Origin: an uncultured Gammaproteobacteria bacterium
GTDB taxonomy: Bacteria; Patescibacteriota; Microgenomatia; Levybacterales; GWA1-39-11
Length of the DNA stretch: 64,000 nt
Direction: 5' to 3'
NCBI GenBank assembly: GCA_964485575.1
Contig: CAZAJO010000005.1
Coordinates: 1,389 to 65,388, forward strand
Numbering within the stretch: the first letter of the stretch is position 1; every line of letters starts with the position of its first letter. Below, piece after piece: positions 36,623 through 46,043 of this stretch. Position numbers and translations under genes: made by a program. The notes below the pieces were generated by a model that saw only the letters and a list, made by a program, of their open reading frames with translations, was not told the DNA's origin and did no database searches.

Positions 36623-37750
36623 TTATACACCACTCTTTCCAGTTGAGATCTTTTCCCAAGGAAAACCTGTGCGACCGAAGTGACCATAGGCAGCAGTTGA
36701 GCTGTAAATCGGTCGTGCCAACTTTAACGTTTCGATAATAGACCTGACTGACGTATCAATGAGCTTATCCTTAAAATCAAATAGCGCCTTCTCACTCACA
36801 GTAGATGTACCGAAGGTCTCAATTGTCTGCATTAGAGGTCTTGGCTGCCCTATGACATATGCAAGACCAACTTCACATTTTGTAGCAAGACCAGATGCTA
36901 CAATATTTTTTGCGATATAACGGGCAGCATATGCTCCTGATCTGTCGACTTTACTAGGATCTTTTCCAGAGAAAGCGCCACCACCAACCCGCGCGTATCC
37001 TCCATATGTGTCAACGACAATCTTTCTACCCGTAAGTCCAGCATCTGACTCCGGACCTGGGATATGCCACAATCCTGTACCGTTAATAGTTATGTCTGAG
37101 TCTTTCGGAAGCTCTAGTTTGTATTTTCTAAGAACGGGTCTGAAGACATTTTTGATGATCTCATCCCTAACTTGATCAGCTTCCGTCTTTTCATCATGGG
37201 CAACTGCTGCAACGAGTTTTTCTATCCCAATCGGGATACCTTTTTCGTATTTGACTGTCACTTGAGCTTTCCCATCTGGGCGTAGCCATTTCAATATTTT
37301 CTTCTCCCTCACCTCATCTATGCGCTCAACTAAAGCATGTGCCATTCTTATGGGTAAGGGCATCAACTCAGGTGTTTCATTACAGGCATACCCAAACATC
37401 ATGCCTTGATCTCCTGCTCCATCAAGGTCAACACCCATTGCAATTTCTGGAGATTGAGCGTGTATACTGTTGGTGAAAGAAGATTTCTGGCTGAATCCCC
37501 ATGCGGGAACAGTATACCCAAGTTCCTTTACTTTATTTCTGGCTATTTTTTCAAAATTGATTTTTGACTTAGTTCTTATCTCACCAAAAAGACAAATTTG
37601 ATTTGCACCGGCAACAGTCTCTATGCCACATCTGGAATTTGGGTCAGAGGCAAGAGCTGCATCCACAATTGCGTCACTTATCTGATCGCAAATCTTGTCG
37701 GGATGTCCTGCACAAACTGATTCTGAAGTAAAAAGGTAATTCTTTGACAT
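36623..37750 (-). CDS. metK: S-adenosylmethionine synthetase
   Basis: FTSESV.AGHPDK, GAGDQG, GLTGRKI, GGGAFSGKD, YGHFGR; start ATG 37750. Confidence 0.97.
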   Translation of the reverse strand: MSKNYLFTSESVCAGHPDKICDQISDAIVDAALASDPNSRCGIETVAGANQICLFGEIRTKSKINFEKIARNKVKELGYTVPAWGFSQKSSFTNSIHAQSPEIAMGVDLDGAGDQGMMFGYACNETPELMPLPIRMAHALVERIDEVREKKILKWLRPDGKAQVTVKYEKGIPIGIEKLVAAVAHDEKTEADQVRDEIIKNVFRPVLRKYKLELPKDSDITINGTGLWHIPGPESDAGLTGRKIVVDTYGGYARVGGGAFSGKDPSKVDRSGAYAARYIAKNIVASGLATKCEVGLAYVIGQPRPLMQTIETFGTSTVSEKALFDFKDKLIDTSVRSIIETLKLARPIYSSTAAYGHFGRTGFPWEKISTGKSGV

Positions 37751-37757
37751 AATTTTT

Positions 37758-37845
37758 TCCTTGGGCAAGGACGCATCGCTTTGGCAAGCTTGGCACCGAT
37801 AAATTTACGGTTGCCGTTCGTAGCTATACGAAACTCTTGATGCAG
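37758..37845 (-). ncRNA. SAM riboswitch, SAM-I/IV-variant-like
   Basis: Minus strand GCATC-AAGAG (P1), TTCGTA/TACGAA (P2), GGCAACCG..CGGTGCC (P3), GCTT..AAGC (P4), GATGC, then TCCTT..AAGGA hairpin; directly 5' of metK. Confidence 0.88.
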
Positions 37846-37883
37846 ATATTATTTAAACAAATTGGGAAAAGAAAAACAAGAGA

Positions 37884-38372
37884 TTATTTACTCTTGTTTA
37901 AGACGTTGTAGATGGATTTGGCACCTTTTGCAGTAGGAGAGGCAATAACAGCAGGAATATCATCAACTATACTAACTCCTACTCCTATCAGACTGCTCTC
38001 TACATATCTATTTGCACCACTCGTAAGACCAGCAGCAACAGCTCCACCTATCGCCGCCCCCACAACTTTCCCCCCGATCCCTTTACCCGATTCATTTGCT
38101 ATGCCAACACCTGCTATAACTCCACCCGCCGCCGCCGGGAGAAGATCACTCACCTCACTAGCAACAAGTGGCAACGAAACGAGATGATTAAGAGCCGTCA
38201 AGGCAAGAGAAACACCAACCGCTGAGGTTTGGTGAGGATACTTTTTTAAAAAACCCACTGACTTATCGTAGATACTTGCAAAAAAACGACTTTGACTTTC
38301 AGGGTTGTTCTGCAATATCTCACCGGGGATATCTAGAGGTAAAATTCCCTGCTCTGCTACTCCTTCTTCCAT
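37884..38372 (-). CDS. Hypothetical glycine-zipper membrane protein
   Basis: GGVIAGVG, GAAIGGAVAAG. Confidence 0.6.
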   Translation of the reverse strand: MEEGVAEQGILPLDIPGEILQNNPESQSRFFASIYDKSVGFLKKYPHQTSAVGVSLALTALNHLVSLPLVASEVSDLLPAAAGGVIAGVGIANESGKGIGGKVVGAAIGGAVAAGLTSGANRYVESSLIGVGVSIVDDIPAVIASPTAKGAKSIYNVLNKSK

Positions 38373-38377
38373 GAAAA

Positions 38378-38890
38378 TTAATTGTCAGATGCTATATCGA
38401 GGTCTTTTTTAACAACTGCTGTTGTTCCATCTTTGAGGGTAAGACGGATAATAAATGAAATCTTTTTAACACCCTTGTCATATTTACAAGTACCCGAGCT
38501 ACACGTACCAATCGTAATCTTTCTCTCAATTGAACTATCCCCTGGATTTAATTCCCCTGAGCCAATTGCACCTCTCGGAACTAACTCATCATTTACTAAA
38601 GCGTCATAACTCATCTCGTAGTCAAATGCGGTGAATTTACTAACATCATTTATCTTCATCGTAACCTCTGTAACAGCTGCATTTGGTATCAGCTCAAGTC
38701 CAATTTCCTCAGGCTTCATCTCTATCGCCTCCTCCTCAGCTGTTATCTCAGGACCAGTCCCCTCTTGGGCCTTTTTTGAATTCATCATGTATACACCTAC
38801 TGCAACAAGAATCACGACAATAACGGCTCCTATGCCAAGCATCGCCCATTTGTTTTTCATCAATTTCTTCATTGTGTTCATTGTAATCAT
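38378..38890 (-). CDS. Hypothetical membrane-anchored protein
   Basis: TM then beta domain with GTCSSGTCKYD. Confidence 0.7.
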   Translation of the reverse strand: MITMNTMKKLMKNKWAMLGIGAVIVVILVAVGVYMMNSKKAQEGTGPEITAEEEAIEMKPEEIGLELIPNAAVTEVTMKINDVSKFTAFDYEMSYDALVNDELVPRGAIGSGELNPGDSSIERKITIGTCSSGTCKYDKGVKKISFIIRLTLKDGTTAVVKKDLDIASDN

Positions 38891-38984
38891 AGGGAAAATG
38901 ATAAGTCAATGGGTTAGACTTATGAGTAAATTATTCGTCGATTGCAGGTCTGTACTTGAGATTTTATATGAGCGAACGAAGTAA

Positions 38985-39104
38985 ACAGCCGGAAAGGCGA
39001 AGCGTACTCGCGAAGTCCGGGCTGTCAGTGAGAGAATGAAAAATCGAACGTTCAAGGCTGCTCCTCGACGAGAGCTTTTGGTTCTTTTCTCGGCAGAAAA
39101 GAAC
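38985..39104. other. Structured intergenic element (multiple hairpins)
   Basis: ACAGCCGGA..TCCGGGCTGT stem; perfect GTTCTTTTCT-CGGC-AGAAAAGAAC at 39081-39104. Confidence 0.55.
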
Positions 39105-39129
39105 AAGAAATTAAGGATTAAATTGAAAA

Positions 39130-39157
39130 TGGATCCCGCATCGAGTGCGGGATGACA
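39130..39157. repeat. REP-like palindrome, copy 1
   Basis: TGGATCCCGCA-TCGAG-TGCGGGATGACA. Confidence 0.7.
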
Positions 39158-39166
39158 GAAAAACAT

Positions 39167-40549
39167 TTATACGAGTTTTTGTGCGAGGAAATTTCTTAGC
39201 TCTGATATCTTCATCCTGACCTGCTCCATAGTATCTCGGTCCCTAACTGTTACCGTATCAGACTCCAAGGTATCAAAATCTACAGTAATGCAGTACGGTG
39301 TCCCTATCTCATCTTGAGCAAGGTAACGCTTTCCGATATTTCCCCGTGCGTCAAAATTTATATAAAAACTTTGTGAAAGATCCTGGTAAATTTCCTGTGC
39401 TTTTGACATGAGCTCTGGCTTATTGGCAAGCAGTGGAAATACAGCAGCCTTAAAAGGAGCTAACTTCGGGGAAAGCTTGAGTACCGTTCTTGAATCAGTC
39501 TCCTCGTATGCGTCAGACAAAGCCATCAAAAATATCCTGTTGATACCAACTGCAGGCTCTATCACGTGAGGGAGCGTCTTTTTTCCTGTTTGGCTATCTA
39601 CAACTTTCAGTTCCTTCCCCGATCCCTTCTCATGCTGGGAAAGATCATAATCAGTCCTATAAGCAAGTCCCCACAATTCCTTAAATCCAAATGGAAATTT
39701 GTATTCGAGATCCTCTGTCCTTTTACTGTAAAATGACCTCTCTTCGTCACTATGCTCTCGCCATCTGAGATTTTCCTCGCGGATTCCGATCGTTTTTGTG
39801 ATGAATTCCCACATCTTCTTCTTCCAATCTTCGTATAATTCTTCCCAATTTGACACTTCCGGATCAAAGAAGAACTCTATTTCTCCTTGTTCAAACTCCA
39901 AAGTACGAAAAACAGAATTTCCTGGAGTGATCTCATTTCTAAAACTTTTTCCAAGCTGTGCAATACCAAATGGCAACTTTACGCGGTTACTCTCCATGAC
40001 ATTCTTGAAATTGACAAACATTCCCTGAGCGGTCTCTCCCCGTAGATATGCAAGACTTTGATCTCCTTCAACTATTCCAAGATGTACGGGAAATAGAAGA
40101 TTGAACTTTCGTACTTTCGTCCAATCATGCTTACCGCAATTTGGGCAAAGGATCTTGTTCTCAGAAATTATCTTATCCAATTCCTCATCAGACAAACCTT
40201 CGACTTTGACTTCTTTTTCCCCACTCAAACTTTCTTCGATAAGATGGTCTGCTCTCTTTCTTAACTTACAATTTTTACAATCAACCAAAGCATCAGCAAA
40301 TCCCCCCACATGGCCTGAAGCCTTCCATATCTCCTGATGTGAAATCAAAGACCCTTCAAGACCTACTATGTCATCTCGTCTATGAACAAATGTCTCCCAC
40401 CAAAGTGATCTGATATTTCTCAAAAGCTCAGTTCCAACCGGACCGTAATCGTAGGTGTTTGCTACTCCTCCATAGATCTCAGATCCAGGGTAAATAAAAC
40501 CCCTACGCTTGGCTAACGCTACTATTTTTGAAAGACCTGTGTTTTCCAT
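39167..40549 (-). CDS. glyQS: Glycine-tRNA ligase, alpha2 type
   Basis: KRRGFIYPGSEIYGG, LRGETAQG, GKSFRNEITP, VIEPAVG, QDEIGTPYC; start ATG 40549. Confidence 0.97.
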   Translation of the reverse strand: MENTGLSKIVALAKRRGFIYPGSEIYGGVANTYDYGPVGTELLRNIRSLWWETFVHRRDDIVGLEGSLISHQEIWKASGHVGGFADALVDCKNCKLRKRADHLIEESLSGEKEVKVEGLSDEELDKIISENKILCPNCGKHDWTKVRKFNLLFPVHLGIVEGDQSLAYLRGETAQGMFVNFKNVMESNRVKLPFGIAQLGKSFRNEITPGNSVFRTLEFEQGEIEFFFDPEVSNWEELYEDWKKKMWEFITKTIGIREENLRWREHSDEERSFYSKRTEDLEYKFPFGFKELWGLAYRTDYDLSQHEKGSGKELKVVDSQTGKKTLPHVIEPAVGINRIFLMALSDAYEETDSRTVLKLSPKLAPFKAAVFPLLANKPELMSKAQEIYQDLSQSFYINFDARGNIGKRYLAQDEIGTPYCITVDFDTLESDTVTVRDRDTMEQVRMKISELRNFLAQKLV

Positions 40550-40598
40550 AAGGTAAGAGGAGTATAACAAAATGAGGCAAAACAAACAATAATTGAGA

Positions 40599-40655
40599 TG
40601 GATCCCTGGTCAAGCTCGCCTCGCTAATGCTTGTCGAAGCGGGCCAGGGACGACA
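40599..40655. repeat. REP-like palindrome, copy 2, with nested hairpin
   Basis: TGGATCCCTGGTC..[CTCGCCTCG..CGAAGCGG]..GCCAGGGACGACA. Confidence 0.65.
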
Positions 40656-40657
40656 AG

Positions 40658-41197
40658 TTAAACAGTGTCGAAATTGCCGATGACTCTGGATTTAATCTTT
40701 CGCTCTATAATGCTTTCTATAAATTGCCGGGATTCTGCCTCCGTCGAAAATTTATTTTTCATATTCCAATACCCTAAGTTTGTCAGAAGGTCAGTCTCAA
40801 ATTTCAGGATTGCCTCGTCACTAAATTCTCCATCCCGTAAAAAAGTGCCTACGAGCGTGAACATCTCAGCATTTACTTGGCCTTGAGGACAAAGATTGTC
40901 TATAAGTTCGCATACAAGAAATGAAACCTCGCACTGCTTTAGTGTATCTTTCCTTTTTTCAAAAGAGTTAAGAAGAGATGTCTCGGTCAGTATAAAGTTT
41001 TTGGATGTTTTTATGGAATTGAAGCGTACCAAATTAAGAAGCTCTATATGAGAAGATCTTTTGCTCGTTATTTTCCGGACACCTTTGGCAAGCACCTCAA
41101 CCTTTCCATTGTTTTGGGTAAAAATAGTAACAAATCTGTCTGCTTCTCCTAGATTTATACGCTTAACGATAAAACCTACATCATTAAGATATGTCAT
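40658..41197 (-). CDS. recO: DNA repair protein RecO
   Basis: GEADRFVTIFT..NGKV..AKGVRKITSKR. Confidence 0.88.
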   Translation of the reverse strand: MTYLNDVGFIVKRINLGEADRFVTIFTQNNGKVEVLAKGVRKITSKRSSHIELLNLVRFNSIKTSKNFILTETSLLNSFEKRKDTLKQCEVSFLVCELIDNLCPQGQVNAEMFTLVGTFLRDGEFSDEAILKFETDLLTNLGYWNMKNKFSTEAESRQFIESIIERKIKSRVIGNFDTV

Positions 41198-41202
41198 TGG
41201 GG

Positions 41203-43158
41203 TTAATAACTAAGATTCAACTCCACGTCAGTCCTCAGATCAATTACAGGCATCTTCTTGCCGTTAACTTTGATTGTTGTTGGGATATTGTCTACTCCTG
41301 GCTGCTTTTGGATCAAAAGCGGAAGCACGCCACCTGATGGCTTGAATGGAAGTGTATATTCATATGTCACAGTCGCCTTACCCAATGGATTTACCGTGAA
41401 GAATGCATCAAAAACGGTCTTGCCTAGATCTTCAGAAGTTCCTACTTTTACTTGAGAACCCTTTGAACTATCCAAAACACTTCCTTTTGGCACCAATACT
41501 CTTTGATAGTTCCTCAATGTCGCATTCAAACAAAGACCTCCACGCTCCAGATTACAGTCTGAATGTGGCTTTGGATTCTTGTAGTCTATAGTCACTTTTT
41601 TCTTGACTGTCCCATTAGATCCTATCGTGTAATCAACTTCCATAGATTTTACGACGAAAAGATTTGATTTCTGTCCACCAAAGTTTGCATCATTCACATA
41701 GAGATAATCTCCGTTAAAGTCTTTTACCCGACCTGCCCAATTGAGGGCTTCTATGCCTTGTTGTGCGTTCTTATCATTGAGGGCAAAGAGAATATTTTTC
41801 TCATTAGCATCGATTATGAATTGCTGAAATAATCTACCCCAATATAATTTCGGTGAAGACTTAAGAGCTTTATTGAGAGTTGCTAGCATCAGATCTCCCA
41901 ACAGGCCTTTCCTATTTGTCTTGACATAATTTACCGGACGAGATATTTCATTTTCCAGAGCATAAACCACTTGTGGACAATCACATGCAGGATCGTTATC
42001 GGCCGTGAATTTCAAGCCATCTGCCTCAACTTCCCCAAGAATCCTTATGATATTAACAAAGAAATGGGTATTGACTGCAATAATCCCGTCAACATCTGAT
42101 TTTTGAGACGACTTCTGATATAAAGCGTCAAAGTCTTTCATTGAGACGATGAAATCAGGAGACAGATTGATGTCTCTTATGAACTGCTGCGATACACTTG
42201 GGAAATATTTTTTGATGATAGGAGATGCTGCCCCGTGAGAACCGATACTATTATCAAGACTATAGATGTCTGAAGAATTATCGACTTTGATATCCCCCTC
42301 TTCTACCCTAAAGACTGAATAATATGTCAAAAATCCACCAGTCGGACGTAGTTCTGCATCGTTCTGGAAAAGCATGAGGTATTTTCTACCCTCATTCTCA
42401 CCAAGAAGTGATGGGAGTGCTTTGATGAGAGGCTTTCCTTGCCCTACAGCAATAACAGCTCCATCCATGACGTTTCTTGCTTGCTCCAAACCTTCACGTA
42501 CTTTCTTTAATTTACCTATTGGGGGATAGTGTTTTGTGTTTACTTGGTCTACTTCCTTTTGGGCCAATTTCAATTTTTCCTCAATCTTATCTATCTGAGG
42601 CACAACTTTACCCATGGTCTTAACTGCAGTTCTGATGCGGTCTTGTGCTGTTCCCCCAGTAAAAGTCCCTTTTCCTTTAAGACCCAAAACGTCAACGTAG
42701 GGGATAAGCGCGTCAGCTGTAACAATCCCTGCGTCAATACTGTAAGAACCTGCTCTTATGAGATGGTCAGCGTCGTTATAGTAGCCGGATGCCAATGGGA
42801 CAAATTTAAGGAATGCGAGTCCATGAAGTTTTGACTCAAGTACTCCAACTTGGGTTTGTGTCTTTGCCAATTCCTCACGAGCAGCTGCAATATCCTGCTC
42901 TTTCAATTTTGCAAAAGCTGCACTTGCCTGAGTTTTTGTGACCATTGCCTGCTTATAAACAGCAAAAGCCTTTATCCCAATAAATACGGTCAGTATGACA
43001 AGAACGGCAATGATAATCCCAGTGGACGTAAAAAGCTTCTTGTGCTTCTTGAATGAAAATCTTCTATTTCTACGAATAGTTTTTGATGTCATAGATTCTG
43101 GAGCTGCTTTCTCTTCCGGACGTGCTAAATCAATTTTTTGAAAACCTTTTTCTTCCAT
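41203..43158 (-). CDS. DUF4012 family protein
   Basis: TM, helical region, YLMLFQNDAELRPTGGF, RDINLSPDF, QKQPG. Confidence 0.85.
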   Translation of the reverse strand: MEEKGFQKIDLARPEEKAAPESMTSKTIRRNRRFSFKKHKKLFTSTGIIIAVLVILTVFIGIKAFAVYKQAMVTKTQASAAFAKLKEQDIAAAREELAKTQTQVGVLESKLHGLAFLKFVPLASGYYNDADHLIRAGSYSIDAGIVTADALIPYVDVLGLKGKGTFTGGTAQDRIRTAVKTMGKVVPQIDKIEEKLKLAQKEVDQVNTKHYPPIGKLKKVREGLEQARNVMDGAVIAVGQGKPLIKALPSLLGENEGRKYLMLFQNDAELRPTGGFLTYYSVFRVEEGDIKVDNSSDIYSLDNSIGSHGAASPIIKKYFPSVSQQFIRDINLSPDFIVSMKDFDALYQKSSQKSDVDGIIAVNTHFFVNIIRILGEVEADGLKFTADNDPACDCPQVVYALENEISRPVNYVKTNRKGLLGDLMLATLNKALKSSPKLYWGRLFQQFIIDANEKNILFALNDKNAQQGIEALNWAGRVKDFNGDYLYVNDANFGGQKSNLFVVKSMEVDYTIGSNGTVKKKVTIDYKNPKPHSDCNLERGGLCLNATLRNYQRVLVPKGSVLDSSKGSQVKVGTSEDLGKTVFDAFFTVNPLGKATVTYEYTLPFKPSGGVLPLLIQKQPGVDNIPTTIKVNGKKMPVIDLRTDVELNLSY

Positions 43159-43231
43159 ATACCTACGGTAATTTATTTAAACACAATTAAAAGTTTGATT
43201 GCAACTCAGATGGTTATTATACCAAATATGA

Positions 43232-43870
43232 TTACATTGCGCCTTTTCCGGAGAACATAGCGATAGGAGTCTTTAATAACAGATAGAAATCGAAAAGTAT
43301 TGACCTTCTCTTTGCATATGAAGCGTCCAGCTGAATCCTCTTATCAAAGTTTATCTGACTCCGCCCTGTTACTTGCCATATACCGGTGATACCAGGCTTT
43401 ACAGACAACACAACTTTCACAGCGTCTCTGGTAAAGGGGTATTTTTTCTGTTGATCACGAAGCTCATCCGGGTAATATGCACGGGGACCAACAACACTCA
43501 TGTCCCCTTTCAGAACATTGACGAATTGTGGAATCTCATCAAAAGAATATTTTCGTATGAAACGTCCGACCGATGTAATCCTTGGGTCATCCTTCAGTTT
43601 GTATCCACCCTTCTTATATTCTGATAGAAGATCTTTGTATTTTGGGTCGTTGACCAATATCTCATGAGCATTTGCTACCATAGATCTGAATTTATACATA
43701 CGAAAAGACCTTCCCCCTTCACCTATACGGGGTGGAGTGTCAGCCAGAAGTGGCCCTTGAGAGTTGAGGCGTATAGCAATTGCCGTCAATAAAATAACAG
43801 GTGAGAAAAAAATAAGAGCGACAATTGAGATGAGAATATCAAGCAGACGTTTTGAGACATCATACAGCAT
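43232..43870 (-). CDS. Priming sugar (polyprenyl-phosphate hexose-1-P) transferase
   Basis: KRLLDI, KFRSM, DPRIT, DEIPQ, VGPR, KPGITG. Confidence 0.93.
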   Translation of the reverse strand: MLYDVSKRLLDILISIVALIFFSPVILLTAIAIRLNSQGPLLADTPPRIGEGGRSFRMYKFRSMVANAHEILVNDPKYKDLLSEYKKGGYKLKDDPRITSVGRFIRKYSFDEIPQFVNVLKGDMSVVGPRAYYPDELRDQQKKYPFTRDAVKVVLSVKPGITGIWQVTGRSQINFDKRIQLDASYAKRRSILFDFYLLLKTPIAMFSGKGAM

Positions 43871-43872
43871 AT

Positions 43873-44958
43873 TTAGGTTAGTGATTCATGTTCTGTGCCT
43901 GATAGACTTTCGACAAGTTTTTTGATCTTGGGGACCGAATCTTTAGGACAAACAAGGACTACATCTTGCGTATTAATCACAAGATATGCAGAAAGGTCGA
44001 TTCCAACGACTAACTGATTGGTATAGTTAAAGACAAGACTGTCGGTAGAATCCTCAACCATAACCTTTCCTTTTGTGACATTCTCATCTTGCGTCTCTGA
44101 CAAAGCCTCTTTCAGTGCTTCCCATGCCCCGATATCACTCCATCCTATGTCTACCGAAAGAACTCTTCCCATTGAGGTATCCATCTTCTCAAGGATTGCG
44201 TTATCAAATGATATTTTTTCGATCGTTGGATAAATAGAAGAAAGAGTACTGTCGTAATCGGGAGTATCGATACTATCGTGAATTTGCTTCAACTGAGAAT
44301 AAAGCTCAGGAGCGTATCTTTCGAATAAAGACCACAAGAATCGTGGTGTCGTGACGAAATATCCGAGATTCCAAGAATGATGACCGTCACTGACAAACCG
44401 CTCAGCGACTGACAAGTGTGGCCTATATTGAAATCCTGTAAAAGAAAATACCGGGGTATCTCCGATCCGTCTCAACTCATCTCCAAATTCGATGTATCCA
44501 AGGTTCTGATTTGCAAACCGTGGCTTTTGACCAACAAAAACGATCACCTCATGCTCGTTGTTGACTACCTGCTCGGCACTTCTGAGAGCATTTCTGAAAG
44601 CCTGTTCATCTTTTACCAGATGGTCACTTCCCCACAGGATGGCAAATGGTTCATCGGGGAATTTACGTGCAAAAAGCGCGGTAACAAGTCCAACAGCCGG
44701 ACCAACGTCACGCATTTCAGGCTCTACCAAAATATTTTCGTGGGGAAGCTGAGGTAGCTGCTCCCTGACTGTCTCTTCGTAGTGTTTTCCTGTTGAAATA
44801 TAGATATCTTCCCAAGAGAATTCAGGAAATAATTTCTGCACTGCTATCTGAAGCATTGATTGATCGCCAACGATTTTTTCGAACTGCTTTGGTGTGTGCT
44901 TACGCGAAAGAGGCCATAACCTCGTTCCGACTCCTCCTGCAAAAATTACTACTTTCAT
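43873..44958 (-). CDS. manC: Mannose-1-phosphate guanylyltransferase
   Basis: AGGVGTRLWPLSR..PKQF, SDH, ISFDNAILEK, GWSDIG. Confidence 0.85.
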   Translation of the reverse strand: MKVVIFAGGVGTRLWPLSRKHTPKQFEKIVGDQSMLQIAVQKLFPEFSWEDIYISTGKHYEETVREQLPQLPHENILVEPEMRDVGPAVGLVTALFARKFPDEPFAILWGSDHLVKDEQAFRNALRSAEQVVNNEHEVIVFVGQKPRFANQNLGYIEFGDELRRIGDTPVFSFTGFQYRPHLSVAERFVSDGHHSWNLGYFVTTPRFLWSLFERYAPELYSQLKQIHDSIDTPDYDSTLSSIYPTIEKISFDNAILEKMDTSMGRVLSVDIGWSDIGAWEALKEALSETQDENVTKGKVMVEDSTDSLVFNYTNQLVVGIDLSAYLVINTQDVVLVCPKDSVPKIKKLVESLSGTEHESLT

Positions 44959-46043
44959 ATATATTTATTTCTCTTCAATAAAGACATGAATGACGTCTTG
45001 AATTTCTTTTCAGAAAAAAGGCGCCCGTTCTTTCGACAATCTTTACCATTATAACGACTGTCTTTGAAATTTATCAAGACTTGAGAAAGAGAACCAACAG
45101 TCGGCTGATCAAAAAATGTCCCCGTAACACCCTCTTTTACTATTTCAAGGGCTCCACCAGCCTTGTATGCGACGACCGGTTTTCCGGCAAGCTGTACCTC
45201 AACCATAGTTATTCCAAAATCTTCTTCGCCGGGAAATAGTAAGGCCCTGCAGTTTTGGTAATAATAAATAAGCTCTTGATCAGTCACTTTTCCTTTAAAC
45301 TCAATCGTATCCCCGGCAATGGCTGATAGTTTCTCCAATTCATTCCCCTCGCCAATAACGATAAGATTTAACTTTAATTTCGTACAGGCTTTTACCGCCA
45401 GATCAATTTTTTTGTAATCCACCAACCGGGATACTACCAAGAAATATTTTTTTCCGTAATTTTTCCCGACCGGACCCACTTTTTCGCTAAATAGTCTGTC
45501 TGCAGGTGGATATATTACAACGCTTTCTCTTTTATAGTATTTTTTTATGCGCCTTTGGACCGTACGGGATATCGCAATCATCATATCCGGCCTAGTTGAA
45601 GCGGCTAGATCCCATTTTTTCAGATACCAAATGAGAGGATAGGCGATAAATTTTAGTATTGGATCCCTAAAATATTGATCAAAACCACTCCACAAATACC
45701 TTGTCGGTGTAAGACAAATGCATATATGGGGTACATTCGGAGGCACTATAACCCCTTTTGCTGCTTCACTTGTGACACTTATCACAAGATCAAATCCTGA
45801 AAAATCAAAAGATTCAAATGCAAAAGGCATAAGATAAGGAATAAGTTCGTGTTTTCTGTTAAGAATAGGGATATTTTGCAAGTAGGAGGTTCTTACGGTA
45901 AATTTTTTGGCCCAAGGGGTATTTTTTTTGTTGTAGATTGAGGTAAAAAGTATTGGTTTTTTAAATAATTCTGATAAGGATTCCAAGACACGCTCGGCGC
46001 CTCCAATCTTGTTAACCCTGTCATACACTATTGCAACTTTCAT
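44955..46043 (-). CDS. GT4 glycosyltransferase
   Basis: GGAERV, EDFGITMVE. Confidence 0.9.
   Translation of the reverse strand: MKVAIVYDRVNKIGGAERVLESLSELFKKPILFTSIYNKKNTPWAKKFTVRTSYLQNIPILNRKHELIPYLMPFAFESFDFSGFDLVISVTSEAAKGVIVPPNVPHICICLTPTRYLWSGFDQYFRDPILKFIAYPLIWYLKKWDLAASTRPDMMIAISRTVQRRIKKYYKRESVVIYPPADRLFSEKVGPVGKNYGKKYFLVVSRLVDYKKIDLAVKACTKLKLNLIVIGEGNELEKLSAIAGDTIEFKGKVTDQELIYYYQNCRALLFPGEEDFGITMVEVQLAGKPVVAYKAGGALEIVKEGVTGTFFDQPTVGSLSQVLINFKDSRYNGKDCRKNGRLFSEKKFKTSFMSLLKRNKYI

Noticed and set aside
38906-39166. 86-aa ORF
   Set aside because: Reads through palindromic repeats (CHPALDAGS; FFSAEKRTK), which is typical of a spurious translation
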